From: Deltaproteobacteria bacterium
Lineage (GTDB): Bacteria > UBA10199 > SBBF01
Assembly (NCBI GenBank): GCA_016183175.1
Contig: JACPFC010000026.1
Location: 41,907-105,906, forward strand
Reading direction: 5' to 3'
Length of the DNA stretch: 64,000 nt
A program made the position numbers and the translations under genes. Below are positions 29,283 through 39,446 of this stretch, piece by piece. Each line of letters opens with the position of its first letter. Position 1 is the first letter of the stretch. Below the pieces are notes generated by a model. It ran no database searches and was not told where the DNA came from. It saw nothing but the letters and a program-made list of their open reading frames with translations.

Positions 29283-30593
29283 TTAAAAAGTGACTCCCAG
29301 TCCCAATTGATATGAGTTCACGGCAAAGGGGGCTCCGGAGGTCCATTCGGGATTCTCCGCGACTTCCCCTTCAATCCCAATCACGGCATGCTGAACGCCG
29401 AGCTCCAAAAATACCGACCTGTCCGAGGGGGATTTTTTTTCGATCAAAAACGAGGCCCCCAAAACCGGCGTCTGAATAATAGAGAGGTTTTTAAGTTCAA
29501 CGTCCGCGCTCCCGACGCCGATTCGCTGGTCGGCCGGCGCGCCAAACGGGGAATCAAAGTTGGCGCCGTGGCCTAAAGAGATTCCGGCGCCAAAGACCGC
29601 CGGCTTTGTCCGGAAAAGGGCATGGAGCCTTAAACTCCCCTGCAGATAAGAATTGTCCAGGGCGTACGGGACATCTTCCGTTCCCTGCTGGGTTGTGACG
29701 CCGTAGCCAAGCCGTCCCCCCGCTCGGAGACCCAGCTTCCGCGTCAACAACGTTTCGGCAAACGCGCCGGCGAAGAGAGACAGATCTCCCCCTCTCATGA
29801 CATAAGAGGGGCCGTAGGTGGGAGATGTTGTCCGGCCTCCTCCCATGAGGCCAAGTTCACCATGAATCTGCTGTTTTGCTTTTGTCAAAGGAGGAGCTGT
29901 TGCCGCCGCTTCCTTCCGGCCGTTGGTTTTGCCGAGTTTTACTTCCTGATAATTTTCAGAGCCGTTCTTTTCAATCGACTGGAACGTCCAGGTCCGCTGA
30001 TCTTCCGCGGAGAGAGAAGGCGCCCCTTCCGCGATGGGGACGAACCGGTAATCGATTTCCACAACAGGCAGAAGCCCTTTAAACGATCCTGTTGCCTTGA
30101 GTTGGGCATCGGCGGACTCGATGCTTTTTCTTTGATCGGGAGCTATAGGCATTGCGGAAGGGACAAGGGAGTAAGACGATCCCGCGGGGGAAGTGATGTC
30201 GACACAACCATACTCTCTTTCGATATAGGCGATGTCCCCCTCCACTTCGGTTTTTACGGAGCCGATCGGATTGCTCTGAAGGGCCAGTTGTTCCCTCCGG
30301 TAGAAGGCAAGGGAATCGCCGCGTTCCCTGGCCGCCAAGGCCCCCCAGTGGTGGACCTCCGCATCAATGGGGACATTCAGCGCGAGGATGTCTTGATAAT
30401 TGTCCTCGACGCCGTCCCATTTGCCTGTCCGCACCAGTTTTTTAACTTCTTCCTTGAGACGGACATATTCGGCCCCTTTCCTGGTGGGCCTCTCCTTTTC
30501 CTCTGGAGCCATGGCGATGCCGTCATCTTCCAGCAAATACCAAGGTTCCGTGGCAGAGGGAGCGGTTAATGGCGGTAAATAAGGGGTGTCCAT
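29283..30593 (-). CDS. Hypothetical protein (possible beta-barrel/outer-membrane-like C-terminus), co-transcribed with the lipoprotein
   Basis: 436 aa. A 1-nt gap to the downstream lipoprotein gene. The Gly/aromatic-rich C-terminal half ends ...LGLGVTF. No family recognised. Confidence 0.4.
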   Translation of the reverse strand: MDTPYLPPLTAPSATEPWYLLEDDGIAMAPEEKERPTRKGAEYVRLKEEVKKLVRTGKWDGVEDNYQDILALNVPIDAEVHHWGALAARERGDSLAFYRREQLALQSNPIGSVKTEVEGDIAYIEREYGCVDITSPAGSSYSLVPSAMPIAPDQRKSIESADAQLKATGSFKGLLPVVEIDYRFVPIAEGAPSLSAEDQRTWTFQSIEKNGSENYQEVKLGKTNGRKEAAATAPPLTKAKQQIHGELGLMGGGRTTSPTYGPSYVMRGGDLSLFAGAFAETLLTRKLGLRAGGRLGYGVTTQQGTEDVPYALDNSYLQGSLRLHALFRTKPAVFGAGISLGHGANFDSPFGAPADQRIGVGSADVELKNLSIIQTPVLGASFLIEKKSPSDRSVFLELGVQHAVIGIEGEVAENPEWTSGAPFAVNSYQLGLGVTF

Positions 30594-30665
30594 AGGTATT
30601 CAACGGTTGTTATCGGCTGATTCTTAAAAAAGTTGCGTTAATAATTATAAAAACAAAAATAATTA

Positions 30666-31055
30666 TTAAGAAAGGGTTTGAAGCCAGTTGGCCTTCAGGA
30701 GATTCATGTCCATGGTAGCCAGGGGGATATCGTAGACAAGGGATGTGGCCGCCAAAAAGCGGTCGGCGGGGTCCTGGTGGGGGAGATCGACCTCGCGGCT
30801 TTTAATGGCGACCTCGGTGTTTAGGGGGGCCTCATGCAGAGGCGCTTGTTCCAGGCACCTGCGCACCCACCTGACCGGGTCGGTATTAACGCCAAATTTC
30901 CCCTTTTGGATCAAAATGATTGTTTCCCAAATTGAAATGGGGGAAAGCCAGAGATCTTCGGTGTGATGATCGAGGGTGTTACGCAAGGAGGCCGGCATGT
31001 TTGGAGAGGTCGACACATACCAAAGCCAGATATGCGTATCGAGGAGAATTTTCAT
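30666..31055 (-). CDS. vapC: Type II toxin VapC (PIN domain)
   Basis: N-terminus MKILLDTHIWLWY is a typical PIN/VapC. The start at Met7 of ORF 30666..31073 abuts the antitoxin stop. Confidence 0.8.
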   Translation of the reverse strand: MKILLDTHIWLWYVSTSPNMPASLRNTLDHHTEDLWLSPISIWETIILIQKGKFGVNTDPVRWVRRCLEQAPLHEAPLNTEVAIKSREVDLPHQDPADRFLAATSLVYDIPLATMDMNLLKANWLQTLS

Positions 31056-31291
31056 TCCTTGAATACTTCCCAATCATCTGTTCCCAAAGGGCTGACAATA
31101 TCGCCAATGAATGTGACACTATCTTTCATGCACCCGTACGAGGATCTCTTGACAGGAGGTTTTGGAGGAGGGGCGACCATGGCAATCGGAACCCCCTTTT
31201 TTGTGACAACCAAAGACTCTCCCGTATTCTTCACTCGTTCCAATAACTTAAGGCATGTAGCCTTAAATTGAGAGATCGCAATGGTTTCCAT
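31052..31291 (-). CDS. Type II antitoxin, Phd/YefM family
   Basis: 79 aa, ISQFKATCLKLLERVKNTGESLVVTKKGVPIAMV, directly upstream of vapC. Confidence 0.75.
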   Translation of the reverse strand: METIAISQFKATCLKLLERVKNTGESLVVTKKGVPIAMVAPPPKPPVKRSSYGCMKDSVTFIGDIVSPLGTDDWEVFKE

Positions 31292-31304
31292 TTAATAGTA
31301 GATT

Positions 31305-31320
31305 ACCATGGTCAATGACT
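31305..31320. promoter_or_regulatory. Perfect palindrome TGACTATAGTCA in the TA promoter region (likely antitoxin operator)
   Basis: Sequence ggtcaatgactatagtcaacactgtcatg, immediately upstream of the Phd-VapC module. Confidence 0.4.
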
Positions 31321-31333
31321 ATAGTCAACACTG

Positions 31334-31840
31334 TCATGCGACCTTCAGTTTTTCCACCTCTGTCCAATGTACCGTGGCGTGCATTTCGTAGTTGATCAGT
31401 TTCAAAAGGACCTGCACCCGCCCACAGGCGGGAACCGGTTTTTCGATGATTCCGATCAGTTCTTTAAGCATCCCTTTCCGCACCCGAATCCGGTCGCCCC
31501 TCTTTAAAAATGTCTGCCGTTCGATGATCCCGTTGTCATTGGCGTGGGAGCGGATGGTCTGGATAATCTCATCCGACATCGGGACCGGCCTGTTTTCGAA
31601 CGTGATCACTTTGTTGACGCCGCGCGTGTATTTGACGAGATGGAAATTCCGGTCCTCGCCGAAGTCGGTGTGAACGAACAGATAAGAGGGGAAGAGGGGG
31701 GCGGTCCGGAAAAAGGAGGTTGTCGACCGGTACATCAGGTCTTTGATGACGGGATAAAAAGTTTCAAATCCCCCCTGTTTGAGGAGTCGGCAGACATCGT
31801 TTTCGCGCCGGGGTTTGGCCTGGACGACATACCATTTCAT
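31334..31840 (-). CDS. NusG-family transcription antiterminator paralogue (RfaH/UpxY/LoaP-like)
   Basis: 168 aa. NGN domain KWYVVQAKPRRENDVCRLLKQGGFETFYP...PLFPSYLFV and C-terminal KOW (GDRIRVRKGMLKELIGII). Confidence 0.75.
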   Translation of the reverse strand: MKWYVVQAKPRRENDVCRLLKQGGFETFYPVIKDLMYRSTTSFFRTAPLFPSYLFVHTDFGEDRNFHLVKYTRGVNKVITFENRPVPMSDEIIQTIRSHANDNGIIERQTFLKRGDRIRVRKGMLKELIGIIEKPVPACGRVQVLLKLINYEMHATVHWTEVEKLKVA

Positions 31841-31842
31841 AT

Positions 31843-33147
31843 TTATACCCCAATCCCATAATAAGTGAACCCCAACTCCTTCAGATGGCTGGCATTCAGA
31901 ATATTCCGCCCGTCAAAAACCACCGGTTGTCCCATTATTTTTTTCATCCGCTCGTAATCGGGGCTCCGGAATTCATTCCAGTCGGCGGCGATGACAAGGG
32001 CGTCGGCGCCGGTCAGGCAATCGTAGCTTGATTTTTCACAGGAAATTTTCGGACCGTAGATTTTTTGGGCGCGGGACATGGCCTGCGGATCGAAGGCCGA
32101 AACGCGGCAGTCCGCTTCCAGCAACTGTTCAATCAAAACCAGGGCGGGTGATTCGCGGATGTCATCGGTCTTGGCCTTGAAGGCCAGCCCCCAAACGGCC
32201 ATTTTGAGCCCTTTCAATTTTTCTTTCCCCCCAAAGTGGCGGATGATTTTTTCAGGCAGAACCTTTTTCTGCCTCTTGTTGGCCTCGCCCGCGGAATGGA
32301 CGACTTCAAGGGGCACGCCCCATTCCCGCCCCATGTTCAAAAGCGCGGCCACATCCTTGGGAAAGCAGGAGCCTCCGTAACCCATTCCGGGAAAAAGAAA
32401 GGCGGAGCCGATGCGCGGGTCGCTTCCGATCCCCTGGCGCACATCATTGATATTTGCCCCCGCCCTTTCGCACAGATTGGCCATTTCGTTCATAAAGGAG
32501 ATGCGTGTGACCAGCATGGCGTTGGCGGCATACTTTGTCAGCTCGGCGCTCCGCCGGCTCATGACGATCAAACGATCCCTCCGCCGCGTGAAGGGGGCGT
32601 ACAATTCACGGAGGAGAGGTTCGATAGGGTCGTGATCGAGCCCCACGACAATCCGGTCGGGCTTCATGAAGTCGTTGACCGCATCCCCCTCTTTCAAAAA
32701 TTCCGGATTCGAAAAGACGACAAAAGGATGGCTTAATTTTTCCCGGAAGACCGCCTCGATCTTTTCGCCGGTCCCCACAGGCACGGTGCTTTTGGTGCCG
32801 AGGAGGATCTTCTTTTTGGCGACCCCGGCAATGCCGAAGGCGACATCCAGCACATGCGAAAGATCGGCCGAACCGTCTTCGTTGGGGGGGGTTCCGACGG
32901 CGATAAAGCAGACCTCCGATTTGTTGACCCCTTCGGACAAATCGGTGGTAAAGCGGAGACGCCCCTCGCGGCGGTTGAACCGGACCATCGGTTCCAGTCC
33001 CGGCTCGAAAATAGGGATGCGCCCCTCATTGAGGTCGGCAACCTTTTTTTCGTCGACATCCACGCAGATGACATCGTTTCCCGCTTCCGCAAAACAGGCG
33101 CCGGTGACAAGTCCCACGTAGCCGGTTCCGATGATGCAAATTTTCAT
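31843..33147 (-). CDS. ugd: UDP-glucose 6-dehydrogenase
   Basis: Start at MKICIIGTGYVGLV (ORF 31843..33210 trimmed to Met22). Has the GGSCFPKD catalytic Cys motif. Confidence 0.9.
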   Translation of the reverse strand: MKICIIGTGYVGLVTGACFAEAGNDVICVDVDEKKVADLNEGRIPIFEPGLEPMVRFNRREGRLRFTTDLSEGVNKSEVCFIAVGTPPNEDGSADLSHVLDVAFGIAGVAKKKILLGTKSTVPVGTGEKIEAVFREKLSHPFVVFSNPEFLKEGDAVNDFMKPDRIVVGLDHDPIEPLLRELYAPFTRRRDRLIVMSRRSAELTKYAANAMLVTRISFMNEMANLCERAGANINDVRQGIGSDPRIGSAFLFPGMGYGGSCFPKDVAALLNMGREWGVPLEVVHSAGEANKRQKKVLPEKIIRHFGGKEKLKGLKMAVWGLAFKAKTDDIRESPALVLIEQLLEADCRVSAFDPQAMSRAQKIYGPKISCEKSSYDCLTGADALVIAADWNEFRSPDYERMKKIMGQPVVFDGRNILNASHLKELGFTYYGIGV

Positions 33148-33254
33148 GGCAGGGTTCTTATATTGAACCTCATGGAGAGAAGCAAGAAAGGAATAGACTG
33201 CCGGCAACATTCGGTTGACAGCAAAGGAGGCTTTAGTTTAATCATGCAAATCCA

Positions 33255-34031
33255 ATGTCTTGGGGCCTTCAAAATCGTCTCTCGCAGATCATCAGGCCGG
33301 ACACAGGCAGAACGGTGATGCTGGCGGTGGATCACGGTTATTTTCTGGGGCCGACTTCCGGCCTGGAAAATCCGGGCAAGACGATCGCACCGCTTCTCCC
33401 TTACGCCGACAGCATGATGCTGACCCGCGGGGTCTTGCGCACCTCGGTGGATCCACGCCTTGCCAAGCCTGTTATCTTAAGGGTTTCCGGGGGCTCCAGC
33501 ATTTTGAAGGAGCTTTCCAACGAAGAGATCACCACCACCATCGAAGAGGCGATTCGTTTGAATGTGTCTGCCGTCACCTGCTCCATCTTTGTCGGCGCCG
33601 AGTACGAAAAACAGACGCTCCTGAATCTGGCCCATCTGGTGAACGAGGCTGAAGCCTGCGGCATTCCGGTCCTTGCCGTCACCGCAGTCGGGAAAGAAAT
33701 GGTCCGCGATGCCCGTTATCTGGCCCTTGCCTGCAGGATCGCGGCCGAACTGGGGGCCCATTTCGTCAAAACGTATTATTGCAAAGACTTTGATCAGGTT
33801 GTCGGTTCCTGTCCGGTTCCTGTCGTGATCGCCGGCGGGAAAAAAACGCCCGAACGGGAGGCCCTTGAGTTAAGCTGGAACGCCGTCAACGAAGGGGCCG
33901 TGGGGGTCGACATGGGGCGCAATATTTTTCAGTCCGAAAATCCGGTTTCCATGATTCAAGCCGTCAGAGCCATTGTCCACGAAAAAGCCACGGTCGATAA
34001 GGCCTATCGATTGTTTTTCTCCCGTCCATGA
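33255..34031 (+). CDS. Class I aldolase, DhnA/FbaB (DeoC/LacD superfamily) type
   Basis: 258 aa. MLAVDHG...HFVKTYY pattern of DhnA-type aldolases / ADH synthase. Confidence 0.65.
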   Translation: MSWGLQNRLSQIIRPDTGRTVMLAVDHGYFLGPTSGLENPGKTIAPLLPYADSMMLTRGVLRTSVDPRLAKPVILRVSGGSSILKELSNEEITTTIEEAIRLNVSAVTCSIFVGAEYEKQTLLNLAHLVNEAEACGIPVLAVTAVGKEMVRDARYLALACRIAAELGAHFVKTYYCKDFDQVVGSCPVPVVIAGGKKTPEREALELSWNAVNEGAVGVDMGRNIFQSENPVSMIQAVRAIVHEKATVDKAYRLFFSRP

Positions 34032-35056
34032 AAGTTGCCGTCTATTATAACAATCGGGACATCCGCATTGAAGAGCGTCCGGTTCCCTCCGTGAAAGAGG
34101 GGGAACTCCTGATCAAGATCCATTCCGCGAGCATCTGCGGAAGCGACGTTACGGAATGGTACCGTGTGGAAAAGGTCGGCCGGGTCCTCGGCCATGAGAT
34201 AGCGGGCGAAGTTGCGGAAGTGGGCGCTGGGGTTGCCGCCTACAAAAAGGGGGACCGCGTTGTCGCCTCCCATCATGTCCCCTGCTATCAATGCCACTAC
34301 TGCCGGCTGGGGCACCACACCTTGTGCAGTACGCTCAAGACGACCAATTTCGATCCCGGCGGTTTTGCCCAATTAATCCGTCTTCCCGCCATTAATGTCC
34401 GCCATGGCGTGTATCGTCTTCCGGATCATGTGTCGTACGAGGAGGGAACCTTCACCGAACCGCTGGCCTGCGCCATCCGCGGCCAGCGAAAGGCCGATGT
34501 CCGAAAGGGGCAAACGGTGCTCATCATCGGGAGCGGGATTTCCGGACTTCTTCACCTTCTCCTGGCCAGGGCCAATGGAATCGACCGCATCAGCGCCGTG
34601 GATATCGATGAATCGAGGCTTAAGGCGGCCGGGGATTTCGGCGCCGACCAAGTTTGGCACGCCTCGGAGGACATCGGCAAAAGGCTTCTTGAGTGGAACG
34701 AAAACCGCCTTGCCGATTGCGTCATCGTCTGTTCGGGGGCAGAGACCTCGATCAGGCAGGCGCTCGACTGCGTCGGCCTTGGCGGAACCGTTTTGTTCTT
34801 TGCACTTATCGGCCCCGACTGTGTTTTTCCCATGCCGATGAACCGCATTTTCTGGCAAAAAGGGGCGACCCTCATGAATTCCTACGCCGCGAGCCCGGAA
34901 GACCACCATGAGTCCCTTGAACTCATCGGTTCCGGAAGGATCCCCGTCAGGAAGATGATCACCCATCGTCTGCCGTTGGGCCGGATCGGGGAAGGTTTTC
35001 AACTTGCGGCGGAGGCCAAAAAATCGCTGAAGGTGATTATTGATCCGAATAATTAA
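34028..35056 (+). CDS. Zinc-dependent alcohol dehydrogenase (MDR family, threonine/sorbitol DH-like)
   Basis: 342 aa. GHEIAGEV zinc motif, CxxCxxC structural zinc, GSGISGLL Rossmann. Confidence 0.8.
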   Translation: MKVAVYYNNRDIRIEERPVPSVKEGELLIKIHSASICGSDVTEWYRVEKVGRVLGHEIAGEVAEVGAGVAAYKKGDRVVASHHVPCYQCHYCRLGHHTLCSTLKTTNFDPGGFAQLIRLPAINVRHGVYRLPDHVSYEEGTFTEPLACAIRGQRKADVRKGQTVLIIGSGISGLLHLLLARANGIDRISAVDIDESRLKAAGDFGADQVWHASEDIGKRLLEWNENRLADCVIVCSGAETSIRQALDCVGLGGTVLFFALIGPDCVFPMPMNRIFWQKGATLMNSYAASPEDHHESLELIGSGRIPVRKMITHRLPLGRIGEGFQLAAEAKKSLKVIIDPNN

Positions 35057-35127
35057 ATCGGGGGCTTTGCCGCTGGCGCCCCCGTACCCCCCGTTCGCTC
35101 GCGCTTCATTACTCCGACGCTTGCTCA

Positions 35128-36156
35128 CTAAGGTATAATTGCGATCTTGAGCGGATTGGTGGGCATCCCTTTTCTGAAGATCTGATGGAGTTCGCCGAGC
35201 CTCTTTTCTCCCTGAATCAACGCTTCGATGTTGATCTTTCCCTCCGCGATCAACCCCAGCGATTTTTCAAAGTGGTAAGGGGTGTGGTGAAAGACGCCAT
35301 GGCAGGAAATTTCATCGTAATGAAGCCGGTGGGTATCCAGGGAAACATGCGTCCCTTTGGCGCATCCGCCGTAAAACCAGACGCTTCCCCCTTTTCGGAC
35401 AAGTTCGGCGGCCAGCTCCCATGTTGCCGGTTGACCCGCGGCGTCAATGACGATATCGGGCCCCCGGTTATCGGTGAGCTTGAGGATTTCCTTTTGAAAT
35501 CCCTCCTGCAAAATCGAAAAGGTGTGATTGGCCCCAAGCCTGTGTGCCAGGTTCAATTTTTCTTCGCCCCGTCCGATGACGATCAATTTGATGCTACGGA
35601 GTCTGCACAACTGGGTGAACAGGAGGCCGCAGGTGCCGGCGCCGATGACACACAGGGTTTGCCCCTCTTTTAGCGGAAGACGGTCAAAGCAATGCAGGAC
35701 GCAGGCCAGCGGTTCCGTTAATGCGGCCTCCTTGAAGGAAAGTGGGCCGGGAATTTTGTAGAGATTTTTTTCAACAATTTGGGCGGGAACGCGGATGTAT
35801 TCCGCATAGGCCCCGTTTAAAAATTCAAGGTTTTCGCACAGGTTCCACCTTTGTTCCCGGCAGAAAAAACATCCACCGCAGGGGGCCGAATTGGCCGCCA
35901 CGACGCGATCCCCTTCCCGAAAGCCTTTAACCGCCGGACCGATCTCCGCAATCGCGCCGGCAAGCTCGTGCCCAAAAGGAGAGGGGAGGTTTTTGACCAG
36001 AACCGGATGCCCCTGGCGAAAAAGCTTGAAGTCGGTGCCGCAGGTCAGCGCCGTGCCGACTTTGATCAAGACCTCTCCCGGACCGACGCGGGGCACATCG
36101 ACTTCTTCAATCCGGATTTGTTCGGGGCCGTACCAGAGGGCCGCTTGCATTTTCAT
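35128..36156 (-). CDS. Zinc-dependent alcohol dehydrogenase (MDR family)
   Basis: Start MKMQAALWYG (ORF 35128..36273 trimmed). GHELAGAI, CGGCFFC, GAGTCGLL. Confidence 0.8.
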   Translation of the reverse strand: MKMQAALWYGPEQIRIEEVDVPRVGPGEVLIKVGTALTCGTDFKLFRQGHPVLVKNLPSPFGHELAGAIAEIGPAVKGFREGDRVVAANSAPCGGCFFCREQRWNLCENLEFLNGAYAEYIRVPAQIVEKNLYKIPGPLSFKEAALTEPLACVLHCFDRLPLKEGQTLCVIGAGTCGLLFTQLCRLRSIKLIVIGRGEEKLNLAHRLGANHTFSILQEGFQKEILKLTDNRGPDIVIDAAGQPATWELAAELVRKGGSVWFYGGCAKGTHVSLDTHRLHYDEISCHGVFHHTPYHFEKSLGLIAEGKINIEALIQGEKRLGELHQIFRKGMPTNPLKIAIIP

Positions 36157-36301
36157 AATTTTGCATGTTTTCTTCTGCGGCGTTGCACCACACGTCACAT
36201 GATTTGGATCCGCCACGCCGTTGTAAATTACTTGAGCAGGTGTTCTTTTAAATCTTTCGGCCTTGCTTGTCAACGACGGAGTCGGAGGATAGAATAGGCC
36301 C

Positions 36302-37924
36302 GTGCCTCCCCTTTCCCCCCGCCAGGAACTTCTTCGGCTTCAGAAGCGGATTTTTCTCAAGAACAGGCAAATCATCGGGGCCTCCGTCATTCATTCCGAC
36401 CGGTCATTTACGGCTTACGAAGAGCGATACTTGAAAGGAGTGCGAAATTTCAAGTCGGCCGCGGGCGTGGAAGAGGTTGTCGAGGCGATGGCGAAGGCCG
36501 ACATCATCTACGTGGGGGATTACCATACGCTCAACCAGTCACAGAGGTCTTTTTTGCGCGTGCTCCGGTCGTTTATCCCGAGGACGCGAAAATTTTGCAT
36601 CGGGTTGGAGGTCATCGGGTGGCGGCATCAGGAGTTTTTGATGCAATATGTGCAGGGCCGGATCGGCGACCGGACCTTCCTGAAAAAAATCGGTTTCCGG
36701 GAACACTGGTTTTTCGACTTGTGGGATCACTTCCGCCCGATATTCGATTTTGCCCGGTATCACCGGATTCCCCTCTACGGCATCGAGGCTTATCCCCAGG
36801 ACGGAGCCGGGCTTCAGAGGCGGGATGCCGGTTGTGCGCGGCTCATTCATGAGATTTACCGGGAAGACCCGACGCGAAAGATTTTTGTGTTCATCGGCGA
36901 TTTGCACCTCGCCCGGGCGCACCTCCCCGCCGAGGTCAACCGGGTTTTCAAAAGGGAGGGGATTCGGCCCAAAACCGTCACGCTGTTCCAAAACAGCGCA
37001 TCCATCTACTGGAAGCTGGCCGAAAAAGGGATGGAGCATCAGGCGCAGGTCGTCAAAATTTCGGAAAACGAATTTTGCCGGATGCACACCCCCCCGATTA
37101 TCGCCCAGCAGTCGTATCTCAACTGGCTGGAGCATGAGGAGGGGGTGTTCGACTATGCCGACGCCAAGCAGACTTTTATGGACTATGTCGACCAGATCGC
37201 CGGTTTTTTGGGCCTTTCTGCCGGCCCCGAAAAGGAGAATGTGGAGGTTTTTACCTGCGGCGATTTGAGTTTTTTGAGGAAACTTGGGGAGTCGGGGCAA
37301 TTTTCCCCCCGCGAACTGCGGGAGATCAAGCGGCAGATATTGCGATCGGAGAGCTATTACATTCCCCGGATGAAATATGTCTATCTCGCCGATGTCTCCA
37401 TCAACCACGCCTCCGAGGAGGCCTCGCACTATCTCAAGAACCTGTGCTCCGGCGAGGAATTCGCGCGGCCGATGCAGGACGCCTTTTACGCCAATGCCCT
37501 CCACGAGGCGGTCGGTTTTTTCGGCTCCCGGATCATCAACCACCGCCGAAAGTGCCGCCGCCCCTCGGAGTACGTAAAACTGATCCGTTATTTAAGCCGC
37601 AACCGCCGGGCCTTGAAGGGGAGAGAGCTGGAATTTCAGACCGCGATTCTTTTTCTGGATCATGAGCGAAAGGCGAAGAAGGGCGTTGCCTTTCACCCCA
37701 ACACAATCAAGTCTCTGTCCACCGACCTGTTTTTATCGGTGACCCACGCGATTGGGTATTCTCTCGGGGAAAGGATGTTCCACGGACTTTTGGGAGGGCA
37801 GTTGACCAAGGGCTATGCCCGCGAGCTTTTTTACGATCCCATGGAGGAGGAGGGGGAGCCGGTGAGGAGATATTTTGAATTGCTGAAAAAATTGAAGGGG
37901 GTGAAACTGCCGAAGAGGGTTTAG
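36302..37924 (+). CDS. ChaN/Tiki-family (DUF399-like) protein
   Basis: 540 aa. IIYVGDYHTLNQSQRSFLRVL resembles the ChaN GxxH-containing N-terminal motif. Weak assignment. Confidence 0.4.
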   Translation: MPPLSPRQELLRLQKRIFLKNRQIIGASVIHSDRSFTAYEERYLKGVRNFKSAAGVEEVVEAMAKADIIYVGDYHTLNQSQRSFLRVLRSFIPRTRKFCIGLEVIGWRHQEFLMQYVQGRIGDRTFLKKIGFREHWFFDLWDHFRPIFDFARYHRIPLYGIEAYPQDGAGLQRRDAGCARLIHEIYREDPTRKIFVFIGDLHLARAHLPAEVNRVFKREGIRPKTVTLFQNSASIYWKLAEKGMEHQAQVVKISENEFCRMHTPPIIAQQSYLNWLEHEEGVFDYADAKQTFMDYVDQIAGFLGLSAGPEKENVEVFTCGDLSFLRKLGESGQFSPRELREIKRQILRSESYYIPRMKYVYLADVSINHASEEASHYLKNLCSGEEFARPMQDAFYANALHEAVGFFGSRIINHRRKCRRPSEYVKLIRYLSRNRRALKGRELEFQTAILFLDHERKAKKGVAFHPNTIKSLSTDLFLSVTHAIGYSLGERMFHGLLGGQLTKGYARELFYDPMEEEGEPVRRYFELLKKLKGVKLPKRV

Positions 37925-37931
37925 GGTTTTT

Positions 37932-38489
37932 ATGAAACTTACCGTCTCTTCAATTCCGCTCGAAGGCCAAACCATCGAGCTGACACCTCGTTTAAGCTGG
38001 TTATGCGAGATCGTCGCCGAGGCGCTCTCCGGGTTAAACGGCTCCGCCGAAAGCCTTGCGGGAAGTTTGAGCCTGAACCGCGTGGACAGGATTGTGAGCC
38101 TCCGGGGGGAGATGGGTGTCGACATCAATCCGGCCTGCGACCGCTGTCTGACGGCGTTTGTTCAAAGACTGCATGTGCCTCTGCATATCGATTTGTCTCC
38201 CCGGACGGAAATCGGCGATTCCGCCGGCTCCCCGTGGAGTGATGAAGAAATGGAGACGAGCGCCGCCGACCTCGATTTCAGCTTTTACCAGGAGCCTGAA
38301 ATAGATCTTAAGGAGATCATCCGCGAGCAGGTGGTCCTGGCCCTTCCGCTTCAATTTCTTTGCGCCGAAAATTGCCGCGGTCTCTGCCCCCGGTGCGGCG
38401 CGAATCTCAATGTCGAGCTGTGCCGTTGCCTGCCCGACAATCCGGCCGATCCGCGATGGGGCCCCCTCAAAAAATGGAAGCAGGCTTGA
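37932..38489 (+). CDS. yceD: YceD/DUF177 family protein (23S rRNA accumulation protein)
   Basis: 185 aa, immediately upstream of rpmF. C-terminal CxxC...CxxC (CAENCRGLCPRCGANLN). Confidence 0.75.
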   Translation: MKLTVSSIPLEGQTIELTPRLSWLCEIVAEALSGLNGSAESLAGSLSLNRVDRIVSLRGEMGVDINPACDRCLTAFVQRLHVPLHIDLSPRTEIGDSAGSPWSDEEMETSAADLDFSFYQEPEIDLKEIIREQVVLALPLQFLCAENCRGLCPRCGANLNVELCRCLPDNPADPRWGPLKKWKQA

Positions 38490-38541
38490 CACCAAACCGG
38501 GGGCGTAGTAATCGGTTCAGCTTCTTTTTTTGGAGTAGAAA

Positions 38542-38724
38542 ATGTCAATTCCCAAGCGCCGTGTCTCCAAGTCCAAACGAAATATGCGCCGTTCACACGA
38601 TGCCTTGAAGGCGATTTCGCTGTCGGTCTGCCCCCGGTGCCGGTTGCCCAAACCTGCACATCGCGTCTGTATTCACTGCGGTTATTACCGCGACCGTGAA
38701 GTCATCAAAATGGACCAGGTATAG
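38542..38724 (+). CDS. rpmF: 50S ribosomal protein L32
   Basis: [23 protein letters not shown]...CPRC..HRVC. Canonical L32. Confidence 0.9.
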   Translation: MSIPKRRVSKSKRNMRRSHDALKAISLSVCPRCRLPKPAHRVCIHCGYYRDREVIKMDQV

Positions 38725-38735
38725 CGAGGATGGAT

Positions 38736-38990
38736 ATGTCTACCAGAAAACGCGCCCAGGCGATTGAAACGCGAATCAAGGAAATCATCGCCGAACAGCT
38801 CGGATTAAAGGAAGAAGAAATCAAAAACGAGGCCTCCTTTTTGGACGACCTTGGCGCCGATTCGCTGGACATCGTGGAACTGGTGATGGCGATGGAAGAG
38901 GAATTCGAGATGGAAATCCCCGACGAAGACGCCGAAAAAATTCTCAAGGTGCAGGACGCCGTCGATTATGTGGTTAACAAGAGTCAGTGA
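38736..38990 (+). CDS. acpP: Acyl carrier protein
   Basis: The [20 protein letters not shown] phosphopantetheine-attachment motif. Confidence 0.9.
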   Translation: MSTRKRAQAIETRIKEIIAEQLGLKEEEIKNEASFLDDLGADSLDIVELVMAMEEEFEMEIPDEDAEKILKVQDAVDYVVNKSQ

Positions 38991-38996
38991 GTTTTT

Positions 38997-39446
38997 ATGA
39001 AACTCATCATCGCCTGCGACCATGGCGGTTACCTCCTCAAGAAAGAAATTCTCAACGCCCTGAAAGAATCCAAAATCGCCTTTGAAGATCTGGGTTGCGA
39101 TTCCGAAAATTCGGTCGATTATCCCGATTACGCCGGCCTTGTCGCTTCGAGGGTTTCCAGGGGGGAGGCCGACCGGGGGATCCTGGTCTGCGGCACCGGC
39201 GTCGGCATGGCGATTGCCGCCAACAAGTTCAGGGGGGTGCGGGCGGCGGCCCTGACCGATCCGTTTTCCGCCCGGATGGCCCGTGAACACAACGATCTGA
39301 ATGTCCTCTGCCTCGGTGGGCGGGTGATGGGGCCCGGGCCGGCCAAAGAACTGGTGGAGATATTTTTGAACACGCCGTTTGCGGGGGGGAGGCACGAGGC
39401 TCGAATTTCGAAAATCAAGAAACTGGAGCAGAAGAATTGTAAATAA
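38997..39446 (+). CDS. rpiB: Ribose-5-phosphate isomerase B
   Basis: MKLIIACDHGGYLLK...GILVCGTGVGMAIAANK. Canonical RpiB/LacAB. Confidence 0.9.
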   Translation: MKLIIACDHGGYLLKKEILNALKESKIAFEDLGCDSENSVDYPDYAGLVASRVSRGEADRGILVCGTGVGMAIAANKFRGVRAAALTDPFSARMAREHNDLNVLCLGGRVMGPGPAKELVEIFLNTPFAGGRHEARISKIKKLEQKNCK

